64,000 nucleotides of DNA, taken from the IMG/VR virus record IMGVR_UViG_3300021256_002823, positions 1,646 through 65,645 of that record; one strand, 5' to 3'. The notes beneath the pieces were generated by a model that worked only from the letters and a program-made list of their open reading frames with translations, had not been told where the DNA came from and did not search any database. Shown here piece by piece: positions 9,730 to 20,039 of the stretch. The stretch is from a virus. Its lineage: Duplodnaviria > Caudoviricetes. Positions within the stretch are counted from its first letter, which is position 1. Each line of letters begins with the position of its first letter. A program made the translations under genes and the position numbers.

Positions 9730-12504
9730 TTAAATCGGTGATGGCTCAACCTGTTCATAGTTCATCAGGGCACCGGTAATCCGGACCGTCCCTGTCTCAT
9801 GTTGTGTGCTGTTTCTCAGATCTTCGATCATGGCGTACTGCGTATGTGCACCTGTATTCCGGATGCCGGCCTCCTCAATCTGAACCGCAAGCCGCCTGTC
9901 AACGATAGGCGAATAAACAAAGCCCGTCCCTACATTACGGATACCGACCTGCTCTTTCTGGACAGAAAGATATCGATAGATCGTCGTGTCGAAAACCAGT
10001 GTCTTCTTTGGAGCTTTTACATGGCCGCTACCGACAATCTCTGCCTGCACCGCGCCGGAATCCGCTGGGTTGACGACGACGTTTGTGATCAGTTTCTTTG
10101 GAGGCTCCTTCAGGGAAATCATGATCGTAGCGCTGTTGTCCCCGTTCTCAACCTCCACCTTATCTACTGCACTATCTGGAATCGAATCCTCATCGAAGGA
10201 TAATATGTCCCGCCAGTCATAAAAGTAGCGGATGCGCTTGGTCACGTTGATATACAGCGTAAGCGCGTCTTCCGAAATGGACTGCGAATAGGCCACGCTC
10301 AAGTCCTCGTCTTTATGCGCATAAAGGAACATCGATTTCTCGGAGAGGCTTGCTGATCCCTGCTCCTTCGGAATGGCCTGCGCAACATAGGTCCTGGAGG
10401 TGTAAAGCCATAGGTTCCGGGTAGGCGTCGTTAGCTCAAAACCGAGCCGATAATCATTCAGCCTGTGCACGCGTAAATCCAGAACATGTTCATTAATGAG
10501 CAGCTCCTGCTGTAGCCAGCGCTTGGCTCCCAGGGTGACGTCGTAAACGTACTGAATGTAATACGGTTTCCCGCCTTTGATGTATGCTGCTACAAGACCC
10601 TGGTCCTGTTCTGGATAAAGCATGGAGCTGTATCCCTTGCAGGCATTGACCTGGGTTACTCCGGTGTCCAGGATTACGCGGGTGGTCTCATCTTCACCGT
10701 CCTGCGCGATCAGCTTATTGTCCATATCCACCCAGAAATACCAAGGCTGGTCCTCGGTCTCCAAGGTGAACTTCTGGCTGTTTGCCCGAAGCACCCACTT
10801 GCCATCAAACTCGATCGCCGCGTCTAATGCCTTGCCCGGCGTGTAGACGCCCTCCCATTCCGGATTGGAGTTATAGCTTTCACTGTAGGCTCTCTTGCTG
10901 ACAAGCATCTGGCCTTCTTCCAAGCCCACGATCCAAATCTGGTCCGGGCCATTGGATTCCAGAAGCTGGCGCATCGTGATGTCTCGAACGTCCATGCTGA
11001 TGTCATCCACGGCCTCCGCAAAGTTGCCGGCGTCGATCGTAAAGAAAACGCCTCGGGTATCTATGCTGAGCTCTCCGGAAAGAACCTGAGCTGTTACATA
11101 TACACCGTGGATACCGACCGAGCGCTGTAGGTAAGCGTGCGGGATACCGATCTTTCCTTCACCCTCCAGGATGTCGATCTCGATCGGAGAATACAGTTCC
11201 TCCACCGCCTGGTCATAAATCCGTATTGTCAGGTGCGTGGATTCGCTGGCCGTGTAGTTCATTAGGAAATGCCCCTCCACGTCCGCATCCTCGGAAATGT
11301 AGTAGGTGATCATTCCCAGCGTTTGTTCTCGCTGCCGGACCTTCATTGGCCCTGTATTGAAGTCGTAGATCAGGTTATTGATGGAGCTCGTAATGGATTT
11401 GACCTGCTCCATCAGGCCTGCGATGTTTTTATCACTCTTACTCTTCGAGCTGATCAGCGCAGGATTCTGTCCAACGCCCTGCGCTGTATATTTCGAGTTA
11501 TACGTGAAGGTGTACTTCGTCATGCACGAGAGCTTCTCAGCATCCGCCAGACCATCCTGGAAACAGAAAACGTCCATCAGGTCATAAGCCGGATTTCCGA
11601 TCATGTCAGCCGTAAACGGCACATACTGGATCTGTTTCAGCGCCTCCAGTATATTCAGCACCATGTCCTCCACAGTGCCTTCGGATGCGGTCTGCAAAAA
11701 AGGATTTGTGCCCAAGTTATATGTCAGGCCCGTGTCCTCCTCATCGCCGTAGTAGTTGGTCATCTGCGTTTCGATGTTCACGACCGAGATCCCGGTATAG
11801 TGAGTCTCGTAGTCATCGAACGTGCAGCCGGTGAAGCGATGCTCTGTATCGATGGTGTCTGTCACCCTCTGACCATAGGCTCGTAGCACGATGCTTCCAT
11901 CCCGGTCAGCGAAGACGTTACATCCGATCGTCTGTGCGATCCAGGATAAAGCGTCCCTCCAGGTCTCGATATCGTTGTCCGGATACACCTGGAGCTTCTT
12001 TGTGCCGTTCACAAAATTAGAGAAATCGGAAGCGGTCATCCCAAGCATAAGTCCGCAGTTCTCACACGCCAGAGCGCACAGTTCATAAGGCGTGCCTATA
12101 AACTTGTTACTTGAGAAAGAGCGCTCCAGCTTTGACATATTGTCATAGGCTGTGATCTGCACACCGCTGGCGCCCCAGCTCGCAGCAGAGATTGTAAAGA
12201 CGCCAAGCGGGATATACTCATAGTCTCCGGTATCCAGACGGAGACCGAAGTACGGAATGATCTCCGTATTCATCAGGGAGTAACGGGACAACTCCAGACT
12301 CTTCATCAGCGTGATTTTGAGCTCGGAAATATACACCTGCCCGATCTGTACGTTAGAGGAATCCGAGCACTGGCCGGTAATAGAAAAAGAGCCGGCGAGA
12401 ATATTGTCTTCTGTAAACGGCACATTGTTTACCGTTCCTCGAATGCGATGCCTCTGTACCGGTCTTCTCATCGCCTCGATATATTTTTGAGAAACCCTGT
12501 ACAT
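9730..12504 (-). CDS. Large minor tail (Tal/hub-like) protein
   Basis: 924 aa, two genes after the tape measure; YIPLGVFTI...ITAYDNM pattern. Confidence 0.7.
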   Translation of the reverse strand: MYRVSQKYIEAMRRPVQRHRIRGTVNNVPFTEDNILAGSFSITGQCSDSSNVQIGQVYISELKITLMKSLELSRYSLMNTEIIPYFGLRLDTGDYEYIPLGVFTISAASWGASGVQITAYDNMSKLERSFSSNKFIGTPYELCALACENCGLMLGMTASDFSNFVNGTKKLQVYPDNDIETWRDALSWIAQTIGCNVFADRDGSIVLRAYGQRVTDTIDTEHRFTGCTFDDYETHYTGISVVNIETQMTNYYGDEEDTGLTYNLGTNPFLQTASEGTVEDMVLNILEALKQIQYVPFTADMIGNPAYDLMDVFCFQDGLADAEKLSCMTKYTFTYNSKYTAQGVGQNPALISSKSKSDKNIAGLMEQVKSITSSINNLIYDFNTGPMKVRQREQTLGMITYYISEDADVEGHFLMNYTASESTHLTIRIYDQAVEELYSPIEIDILEGEGKIGIPHAYLQRSVGIHGVYVTAQVLSGELSIDTRGVFFTIDAGNFAEAVDDISMDVRDITMRQLLESNGPDQIWIVGLEEGQMLVSKRAYSESYNSNPEWEGVYTPGKALDAAIEFDGKWVLRANSQKFTLETEDQPWYFWVDMDNKLIAQDGEDETTRVILDTGVTQVNACKGYSSMLYPEQDQGLVAAYIKGGKPYYIQYVYDVTLGAKRWLQQELLINEHVLDLRVHRLNDYRLGFELTTPTRNLWLYTSRTYVAQAIPKEQGSASLSEKSMFLYAHKDEDLSVAYSQSISEDALTLYINVTKRIRYFYDWRDILSFDEDSIPDSAVDKVEVENGDNSATIMISLKEPPKKLITNVVVNPADSGAVQAEIVGSGHVKAPKKTLVFDTTIYRYLSVQKEQVGIRNVGTGFVYSPIVDRRLAVQIEEAGIRNTGAHTQYAMIEDLRNSTQHETGTVRITGALMNYEQVEPSPI

Positions 12505-12873
12505 TTACAATTCCTCCATCGTTACACTGATCTTATACAGCCCTCCCGTCCGCAGCTGCTCCCTGGACTTTCTTACATGTTTTTCGCTCTCGATGGAGAG
12601 CTGGCACTCGTGATCCGTCATCTCACTTTTTGAAGGAAAGAAGACGGATACCGTAACCGTATCCGCCCTCTCCCAGGCCCGGAACTGATCCATCCAGCGG
12701 CCAGTCACCGTCCAGTTTCCCGTCACCGTGAGCTTTGACTCCCGGCGTACAAACACCTGCGTGGTTCCTGCCTCTGTCTCATATTCCGTCGTCATCTTCT
12801 CGTTTTTGAAATTCAGGTCGTCGTCCGGCCGTGGCACAGTCGTGCCGTTGATTTTTAATTCTCCAAACATCAT
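12505..12873 (-). CDS. Distal tail (Dit-like) small protein
   Basis: Directly follows the tape measure gene. Confidence 0.6.
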   Translation of the reverse strand: MMFGELKINGTTVPRPDDDLNFKNEKMTTEYETEAGTTQVFVRRESKLTVTGNWTVTGRWMDQFRAWERADTVTVSVFFPSKSEMTDHECQLSIESEKHVRKSREQLRTGGLYKISVTMEEL

Positions 12874-15623
12874 CTGCCTCCTGACCTGTAGTTCGCCCGC
12901 TGGGATGCGGTAACAACAATCTCGTCAATGCGGTCCTGCCCGATATATACCGGGATCATGATGTCACCGCCCGCGCCCGCCAGGGCACCGGCAAAGGCAG
13001 CCGCAATCGCTCCCGTCTGGGAAGCCACCGCCTGCTCAATCATCGCCTGCAAAGAAGAGACACCGACCACCGCTTCCGGCCCCGCTTCGCCTCCTGCCAG
13101 AAGATTATTTCCCCTGGCGCCAAAAATCGTCGGCGAGTTCAGGATCATACCGCCCTTCATGGCCTTTTTGTACCATTCCACAGAAAAGTGCGGAATGGAC
13201 GGAGGATTCAATGAAAAACTGCCGGTGATCGAGAAGTGCGGCAGCTTGATCTTAGGCAGCTCCCAATGGAAGTTGAATACATTCTTCAGCTTGCCCACAA
13301 CGCCCTGCACAAAGCTCCAGATGCCGTTAAACACACTTGTGAACGTAGTCTTGATTCCGTTCAGGATACCGCTGATAGTACTTTTTATAGCATTGAAGGC
13401 AGTCGTGATTCCCGACTTCATAGCGTTTACCACAGTCATCACGGAGGTCTTGATGCCATTCCAGATCGTAGTGAGCGTGCTCTTTATGGCATTGAATACC
13501 GTGGTGGTCGTAGTCTTCAATGCATTCCAGGCTGTGGTGACAGCGGTCTTGATTGCATTGACTACCGTCGTGACCGCAGTTTTAATTGCGTTCCAGGCCG
13601 TAGTGATGACGGTCTTGATCGCATTGGTCACCGTGGTAACCGCCGTTTGGATGGCCGTCCATACCGTAGTGACCACCGTCTGAATCGCGGTAAGGACGGT
13701 CTGGAAAAATGTCTGGATTCCGGTCCACACCGTTGTAATCACCGTCTTAATGGCAGTGAACACCGTCTCGATCGTGGTCTTGATCGCGTTCCAGGCGTTT
13801 TCCAAGAAAGTGCCGATGGCACCCACGACCGTTGTAAACACCTGAGAGATTGCCTCCCAGATCATCGTGAAGAACTCCTTAATCGCATTCCAGGCTGTAA
13901 TCGCAGCCTGCTTCACATTTTCCCAGAGGTTAATCCAGAACTCACGAAACGCCTCGCAGTTATTCCACAAATAAATGAAAGCTGCCACCAGGGCAGCGAT
14001 TGCGGCGATAATCAAGACAATCGGGTTTGCCAGCATGACCGCATGCAGCCCGGCAAGAGCTCCCTTCACGACTCCTATCGCGGAGGAAATCTTCGGAATG
14101 ACCGTCATGATCGTGCCAACCGCGGATATCACTTTTCCAACCACTACGAGCACCGGACCGATGGCCGCAGCCAAAAGAGCGATCTTCACGATGGTCTGCT
14201 GCACCGGAGCAGGGATCTTGCTCCACATCTCAGCAAACGCCTTCAGGGCATTGGATATATCCTTCAGCACCGGCGCCAGGACAGTCGCCAGGGAATTGCC
14301 GATCTCCGCGCCGGTCTCCTTCAGGGAGTTCATTGTCATCTGGAACTGATCGATCGGGTCCAGGGTCTCCTCAAATGTACTGTCTACACTTCCGGCAAAA
14401 TCACCCAGGGCTCCGGAAAGGTCCTCCAAGTTCAGCTTTCCCGTCTGGACCGCATTGTAGATAGCCGCACCGGCCTTACTTCCGAAAAGGTCATAAGCCG
14501 CCTGCAGCTTTTCCGTCTCGGTTCCGTTGCCCTTCATGGTTTCGGAGAACTGCTTCAGTGCCTGATCTAAGGTTTGGCCATCCTTCGTCGCGTTCTTCAT
14601 GGCCGTTTTTAGACCCATCATCGCGGAGGAAGTATCCAGGCCGGACATCTCAACCATGCCCATGAAGCCGGCAGCCTGTTTAGAATTGAGTCCCATCTCT
14701 TTGAGCTGGATGGCGTTGTTCTGCAGGGAGCCGGCCAGCGTGTCCATGTCGATTCCGGTCGCCTGGCCGGTCGCGTTCAAAGCATCCAGCAGATCACCGG
14801 CTGTCTCGGCATCCTCTCCGAATGCATTCAGGACAGCGGATACGTTATCTACGGAGGTGGAAACGTCAGTATCATTCAGTGAAGCGAACTTGATGAACTT
14901 GGCCGACAGGTCATCCAGCGCCTGGCCGGTGAGTCCGAAACGGGTATTCACTTCTCCGACAGCGGCACCGGCTGTTTCAAAATCGGTCGGGATCTCTGTT
15001 GCCAGGTCCTTCACGATCTTGTTCATGCCTTCCAGTGCTTCACCCGTGGCACCTGTCTTTTGCGCCACGATGTCCAGTCCGGCATCCACCTCTTTGAAAG
15101 CCGCCAGGGAAGCTGCGCCGACCGCTACGATCGGAGCCGTCACGCCCTTGGTCAGGCTCTCGCCAACACCGGAGATCTTGCCACCGACTTCTTGCATCCG
15201 TGTGCCGGCCGCTTTCAGCGTGGCAGAGATATGGGAATCCGTCTCCCTGCACTGCTGCTCCAGGTTTTTCAGTTCCTGCTCGGTCGCAATGATCTCGCGC
15301 TGCCATGCGTCATACTGCTGCTGGGTTATGGTGCCGTTCTTAAGTCCGGCATCCATCTGCTCCTGCACCGATTTGAGCTTATTGAGCTTTTCCTTCGTCT
15401 CGTCCACAGCCTGGCCCAGGAGCTTGTACTTCTGTTCGATCAGCGTGGAATTCGTCGGGTCCAGCTTCAGGAGCTTGTTGACATCCTTTAGCTGCGCCTG
15501 TGTGGATTTGATTTCTTTATTGACACTCTGGAGGCTTTTCGACAGGCCTGTTGTATCGCCGTTTATTTCAATTGTTATGCCTTGGATCGAAACCCGATTT
15601 CCATATCCCATGGTTTTGTTCAT
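12870..15623 (-). CDS. Tail tape measure protein, with N-terminus rebuilt from the inserted element
   Basis: IQGITIEINGDTTGL N-terminus, Ala-rich helices, periodic AWNAIK-type repeats; first 11 codons lie in the insertion end. Confidence 0.93.
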   Translation of the reverse strand: MNKTMGYGNRVSIQGITIEINGDTTGLSKSLQSVNKEIKSTQAQLKDVNKLLKLDPTNSTLIEQKYKLLGQAVDETKEKLNKLKSVQEQMDAGLKNGTITQQQYDAWQREIIATEQELKNLEQQCRETDSHISATLKAAGTRMQEVGGKISGVGESLTKGVTAPIVAVGAASLAAFKEVDAGLDIVAQKTGATGEALEGMNKIVKDLATEIPTDFETAGAAVGEVNTRFGLTGQALDDLSAKFIKFASLNDTDVSTSVDNVSAVLNAFGEDAETAGDLLDALNATGQATGIDMDTLAGSLQNNAIQLKEMGLNSKQAAGFMGMVEMSGLDTSSAMMGLKTAMKNATKDGQTLDQALKQFSETMKGNGTETEKLQAAYDLFGSKAGAAIYNAVQTGKLNLEDLSGALGDFAGSVDSTFEETLDPIDQFQMTMNSLKETGAEIGNSLATVLAPVLKDISNALKAFAEMWSKIPAPVQQTIVKIALLAAAIGPVLVVVGKVISAVGTIMTVIPKISSAIGVVKGALAGLHAVMLANPIVLIIAAIAALVAAFIYLWNNCEAFREFWINLWENVKQAAITAWNAIKEFFTMIWEAISQVFTTVVGAIGTFLENAWNAIKTTIETVFTAIKTVITTVWTGIQTFFQTVLTAIQTVVTTVWTAIQTAVTTVTNAIKTVITTAWNAIKTAVTTVVNAIKTAVTTAWNALKTTTTTVFNAIKSTLTTIWNGIKTSVMTVVNAMKSGITTAFNAIKSTISGILNGIKTTFTSVFNGIWSFVQGVVGKLKNVFNFHWELPKIKLPHFSITGSFSLNPPSIPHFSVEWYKKAMKGGMILNSPTIFGARGNNLLAGGEAGPEAVVGVSSLQAMIEQAVASQTGAIAAAFAGALAGAGGDIMIPVYIGQDRIDEIVVTASQRANYRSGGR

Positions 15624-15679
15624 TTTCTCGCTCTTTTGAACAGAAAAACAGGAATTATCAAGATCCCTATTCTGTTCAA
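15614..15679. repeat. Three copies of a 10-bp end motif at the left end of the insertion
   Basis: TTTTGTTCAT 15614-23, TTGAACAGAA 15636-45, TTCTGTTCAA 15670-79. Confidence 0.8.
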
Positions 15680-15785
15680 AATCTGCCCTCGCGGTACTTC
15701 CTCCTTCCTGTAAATGTCATCAAAAAAGGACCACCGCCGGCAGTAGCGATCGTCCTTACAATAATCGTTTTTATCCGTCCTATGA

Positions 15786-17708
15786 TCAGGAAATAAACAT
15801 TGTCCTCATCTTTACGTGGCCTGTACACTGCGGACATATATACCCATTCTGTCTTTCAGACGGGGCTGCGCGATAACTATGTCCTGCCTTACATTTCCAC
15901 CATACTTTCCTATTACTCATAGGAAGAAGGTCTCCCGGCTGAAGCTGTCCATTCTTTTCATAATCCCAATCAGCTGCTATCTCCGGGCTGACCGTGGCCA
16001 GGTCGTTTTCTCCGCTTACCGGCAGACGGCCGCTACAATAAGGGCAGCCATTTGAATGCCGTGATCCTATTGTTGCCTGCCAGCTGTGTCCCCCGGTACA
16101 TTTCCACCAGGCTTTACGAGCCGCATGCGGCATGACCATGTTCGGTGTCAATGGATAGTTTTTTTCATAATCCCATTCCGAAGCCAACTCCGGATTCAGT
16201 GTCAGCAAATCGTTTTCTCCCGGCAGTACTTTTTGACCAGCGCAATAAGGGCAGCCGCGCCCCTGGTTTGTCCTGTTGGCAATGGATGAACGCCAGCTGT
16301 GACCCTGCCCGCATATCCAAAAGGCTCTTTTATTGGTTTTCTCCGTGACCATTTCCGGGGTGAGTGAACCATTTTTCTCGTAATCCCAAGTTGAAACGAT
16401 GTCAGGACGGAGTGTAGCCAGATCATTATACCCCGGAAGTGCTTTTTTGTTCGCACAGTACGGGCATCCGTTTCCGCGGATCCGATGATTAGGTGATGTT
16501 CTCCAACCGTGTCCCTTTTCACAAACCCACCAGACCACAACATTGGAGCCAGGCGACAGGCTTGTCGGATCATGGACAAGGTTCCTGTCAGAATCCCATT
16601 CCGAGGCAAGATCCGGCCGCAGCGTCAGGATATCATTATAGCCTGTCATGACCCTGTGTCCGTTACAGTAAGGACAGCCCTGCCCTTTACTCCGGTCATG
16701 CGGTGTTGCCTGCCAACTATGACCCTCCCGGCATTTCCACCAAACATCTTTGCCGTAACTTACGGTTACACCATCTGGCTGAAGATCCCCGTTTCTTTCA
16801 TAATCCCAGTCAGCAACCAGCTCTGGATAGCATGACGCAAGATCATTGTACCCGGGCCATATGCGTTTATTGATGCAGTAAGGGCAGCCCTGGCCAATCG
16901 TCCTGTTACTTACCGGTGCCTTCCAGCTATGACCTTCCCGGCATTTCCACCAGACCATCCTCCCAGATCCCATGGTGACCTGTTCCGGCCTGATATCCCG
17001 GTTTTTCTCATAGTCCCACCCGTCTAACAGATCAGGCCTCTCGGATGCCAGGTCATTCTCTCCAATGACAATCTTCCGGTTCGTGCAAACCGGGCAGCCT
17101 GTACCCCTGACGCGGTTTGCTATGCCTGTAATCCAGCTGTGACCCTTTGCACATTTCCACCATACTCTTCTCGCGGAACCTGCCGTGACCCCGTCCGGTG
17201 TGATATCCGTATTCTTATCATAGTCCCACTCCCCGGCAAGGTCCGGCCTTACGGTCGCCAGATCATTATCCCCACGCCATGCCAGTTTCCCGGCACAGTA
17301 GGGGCATCCGCATCCAGCTGTCCGGCTTGCTATTACAGCTTCCCATCTGTGCCCTTTGTGACATTTCCACCAGGCCTTCCTGGCGGATGAAGCTGTCACC
17401 TCCTCCGGGAAAATATCCGTATTCCTTTCAAAATCCCATTCTTCCATAAGAGCGGGAAACCTGGATGCCAGGTCATTGAATCCCCGGAGGACTTTCCGGC
17501 CTGTGCAGTACGGGCAGCCTTTTCCCACAGCGCGGTTATGCGGGCTTGCCTGCCAGCTGTGGCCTTTCACACAGAGCCACCAGAAGTCTTTGTGCGACCG
17601 GAAGGAAATATCCCCGGGGGATATACCCTGGTTCTTCTCATAATCCCATTCTGCCATGAGCTGCGGCAGATCACCCAGGTGAACAGGCCTGCCCTGTTCC
17701 GGCATCAT
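15786..17708 (-). CDS. Protein of nine tandem zinc-ribbon (DUF4379-like) repeats
   Basis: Nine ~70-aa units with the EWDYEKN...WWKCxxGHSW...GCPYC pattern. Confidence 0.88.
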   Translation of the reverse strand: MMPEQGRPVHLGDLPQLMAEWDYEKNQGISPGDISFRSHKDFWWLCVKGHSWQASPHNRAVGKGCPYCTGRKVLRGFNDLASRFPALMEEWDFERNTDIFPEEVTASSARKAWWKCHKGHRWEAVIASRTAGCGCPYCAGKLAWRGDNDLATVRPDLAGEWDYDKNTDITPDGVTAGSARRVWWKCAKGHSWITGIANRVRGTGCPVCTNRKIVIGENDLASERPDLLDGWDYEKNRDIRPEQVTMGSGRMVWWKCREGHSWKAPVSNRTIGQGCPYCINKRIWPGYNDLASCYPELVADWDYERNGDLQPDGVTVSYGKDVWWKCREGHSWQATPHDRSKGQGCPYCNGHRVMTGYNDILTLRPDLASEWDSDRNLVHDPTSLSPGSNVVVWWVCEKGHGWRTSPNHRIRGNGCPYCANKKALPGYNDLATLRPDIVSTWDYEKNGSLTPEMVTEKTNKRAFWICGQGHSWRSSIANRTNQGRGCPYCAGQKVLPGENDLLTLNPELASEWDYEKNYPLTPNMVMPHAARKAWWKCTGGHSWQATIGSRHSNGCPYCSGRLPVSGENDLATVSPEIAADWDYEKNGQLQPGDLLPMSNRKVWWKCKAGHSYRAAPSERQNGYICPQCTGHVKMRTMFIS

Positions 17709-18439
17709 TCCAGCCCCTCCCACATCGCAGCTGCGACGTCCTCAATTGTGCGGATTTCTTTTGCATCCTGTTTCACCGTTTCAGAAACAGCAGATGGAAA
17801 CTTTCCATCAATCAGGCTTTCCTTCGCTTTTTCTATCGCTTCCGTATCCGGATTCCTGACCTGTCCTTCTTCCACAAGGATCTCATTAGCCAATGCCGGA
17901 TAGAGATAGGTTTTCAGCATCTTCCTGAGATATCTGTTTTCTACCGTCAGCCTCCTCGCTTCTTTTACAGTTTCCCTTTTCTCTTCATCTGCCCTGACCA
18001 ACTGGTCCGAAATCTCAGTTTTCTCTTTTCTCAGTGTTCCGTTTTCCATCTGGAGCCCTGTCACCAGTTTTCCTGACCGTACAGCCTCCTCATAAACCCG
18101 TTCCCACCCTTTGTCGATCTCTAACAAAATGGCAGCCAGTTCCTCCGGATTTCTTCTGACGCTCAATATACGGTTAATGTCCAGGCTTTTGTATGCCAGT
18201 CCGGGTTTTCTGGACGGCAGCTGCTCTTTTTCTGCCAGTTCTTTCAGTTCTTCCATACGCTCCCTGGCTCTTGTATCCCTCCGGAAATCATACGCCTTGG
18301 CGGGATGCCCGATCTTTGCAGCGTATTGTTCCAGAAGGGAACATTTAAGCCTGCCAGGATCTCCTGCGGCTTCCGTAGTATAATAAGAATCAATGATCCG
18401 GACCAGTTCATCACTGCCAGTCTTTTTTGGCCTTGCCAT
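17705..18439 (-). CDS. TnpC-like accessory protein with coiled coil
   Basis: 244 aa following three recombinases; heptad-like C-terminal half. Confidence 0.5.
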   Translation of the reverse strand: MARPKKTGSDELVRIIDSYYTTEAAGDPGRLKCSLLEQYAAKIGHPAKAYDFRRDTRARERMEELKELAEKEQLPSRKPGLAYKSLDINRILSVRRNPEELAAILLEIDKGWERVYEEAVRSGKLVTGLQMENGTLRKEKTEISDQLVRADEEKRETVKEARRLTVENRYLRKMLKTYLYPALANEILVEEGQVRNPDTEAIEKAKESLIDGKFPSAVSETVKQDAKEIRTIEDVAAAMWEGLE

Positions 18440-18440
18440 A

Positions 18441-20039
18441 TCAATCCCCCTTTTCTAAACCCGACAGGATGCATTCCCGGTAATGCACACAGCTGCTCTG
18501 GAGCCGTAGCATTGCGCCAAGGATATCTTCCCTGCATCCGATTCCCTTTCTTACTGATTCCATCATCTGCATCAGGAACCAGCTGTCAGCGTCCACTTTC
18601 CTTTTTCCCTTTTCCTTATCATAAAAGCTGGCAGAAACGCCCTGCATGTCAGGCCTGAAATACCGGCAGCTTAAACAGTCACCAAGTTCACCGCCGTCAC
18701 CAACGGCCCTGATACAGTCGCTTACGTCTCCCTGCCTGATAAGCGGTGAAGCACACCATCCCCTTTCCATACGCACCATGTCCTGGACCGGCTCCAGTGA
18801 ATACGCCCGTTCCCCTTTCACTTGCGCCTCATCTGTTTTTTCTTTCCTCCTGTACAGCTCATAAGTAGCGCATTCCACCAGGTTTGACATGTTTGCGTAG
18901 TAATGCGAGCTGATGTTTATGTCCTCATGCCCGGCCAGTTCCATACACATGGAGGGCGAGCCGCCGGATATGATCAGGTTCATCATAGCTATGTGGCGCG
19001 TATCCCCCAGGTTGATCTTTCCGATTCCCTTCCCTGCCAGCTCTTCCATGTAAAAAAGCTTAAGCGTATTGCTCAGGTCACGGTAGCAGTATGGTGATTC
19101 CGGCGCAGCACAGTCCCTCAGGTTTCCTTTATGAAGGAACATTGCCTGCCTGCGAAACAGGGAGTCTATGATGGGTCTGGGCATCCCGGCGGTCTTTTCC
19201 TGATACCATTTCACCGCCGAGGCGACCTTCCCCGACACAGGATAGCTATCCGTTTCATAATCCCCGCTGATCTTATACGTGACTCCACGGAAACCGCCTT
19301 TCAGCCTTGTCCTCCTCACCTTAACTGCAGGAGTTCCTCCGTTATCGTTTATGCAGTCTGCCGGAACCATCAGGAATTCTGTGACCCGCAGCGGCAGCAC
19401 CGCAGTCAGGGTCCACCAGAAAAACACCGGAAAATAAAACAGACGCCTGTCATCATCCGCTGTTTCCCAGAAGCTATTGACCTCCTCATCAAACCGGAAA
19501 TACGACTTAAAGTCGATCAGCTGCCTTCTTCTTGTTTTCCGGACGTTCTGCGCGGCATACATATCCTCCAGGAATTCAATGACATAATCCCTGCCCGTAT
19601 TAGCCCCGGGAAGCATTTCGAGGAACTGTGCCACATGGCCGCACTCCTGTCCGGCAGTTTCTGCCTCCCCGGCATCAGCGCCGGCGATCCGGCAGATCGC
19701 AGCTGAAAGCCTGTGGATGGAATACATTTCTAAGATACCGATCTGGAAAGCCACGTATGCCTTCGCGCATTTCCTGAACAGCCCTGACGTGCACCCTGTC
19801 CATCCCTGTGCTTTTTTCCGGTAGTCGACGTCTGAATAATCAAACCGGATCCTTGTCCGGCTTTTTTCGTTATTCATCTCCCAGATATCATCGTCAAAGG
19901 AACTGTTTGTCAATACCCCGCGGCAGGCATAGAAGGAGAATACTTCCCCGGCACGCAAAAAGCTCTTTTCGTCAAGAGTTTCCACTATCAGGTACCGGCT
20001 GTAGTTCTGCTCCTCCTGGCTGTTCACTGCAGCAATCAT
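18441..20039 (-). CDS. Tyrosine recombinase 3
   Basis: LPLRVTEF (R), GDTRH, LAGH, SSHYY (Y); Cys-rich C-terminus. Confidence 0.85.
   Translation of the reverse strand: MIAAVNSQEEQNYSRYLIVETLDEKSFLRAGEVFSFYACRGVLTNSSFDDDIWEMNNEKSRTRIRFDYSDVDYRKKAQGWTGCTSGLFRKCAKAYVAFQIGILEMYSIHRLSAAICRIAGADAGEAETAGQECGHVAQFLEMLPGANTGRDYVIEFLEDMYAAQNVRKTRRRQLIDFKSYFRFDEEVNSFWETADDDRRLFYFPVFFWWTLTAVLPLRVTEFLMVPADCINDNGGTPAVKVRRTRLKGGFRGVTYKISGDYETDSYPVSGKVASAVKWYQEKTAGMPRPIIDSLFRRQAMFLHKGNLRDCAAPESPYCYRDLSNTLKLFYMEELAGKGIGKINLGDTRHIAMMNLIISGGSPSMCMELAGHEDINISSHYYANMSNLVECATYELYRRKEKTDEAQVKGERAYSLEPVQDMVRMERGWCASPLIRQGDVSDCIRAVGDGGELGDCLSCRYFRPDMQGVSASFYDKEKGKRKVDADSWFLMQMMESVRKGIGCREDILGAMLRLQSSCVHYRECILSGLEKGD

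Noticed and set aside
6396-12504. Diversity-generating retroelement acting on tail genes
   Set aside because: No reverse transcriptase and no template/variable repeat pair seen
13236-15639. Plus-strand ORFs of 444 and 346 aa
   Set aside because: Antisense to the tape measure gene; explained by its codon bias and repeats
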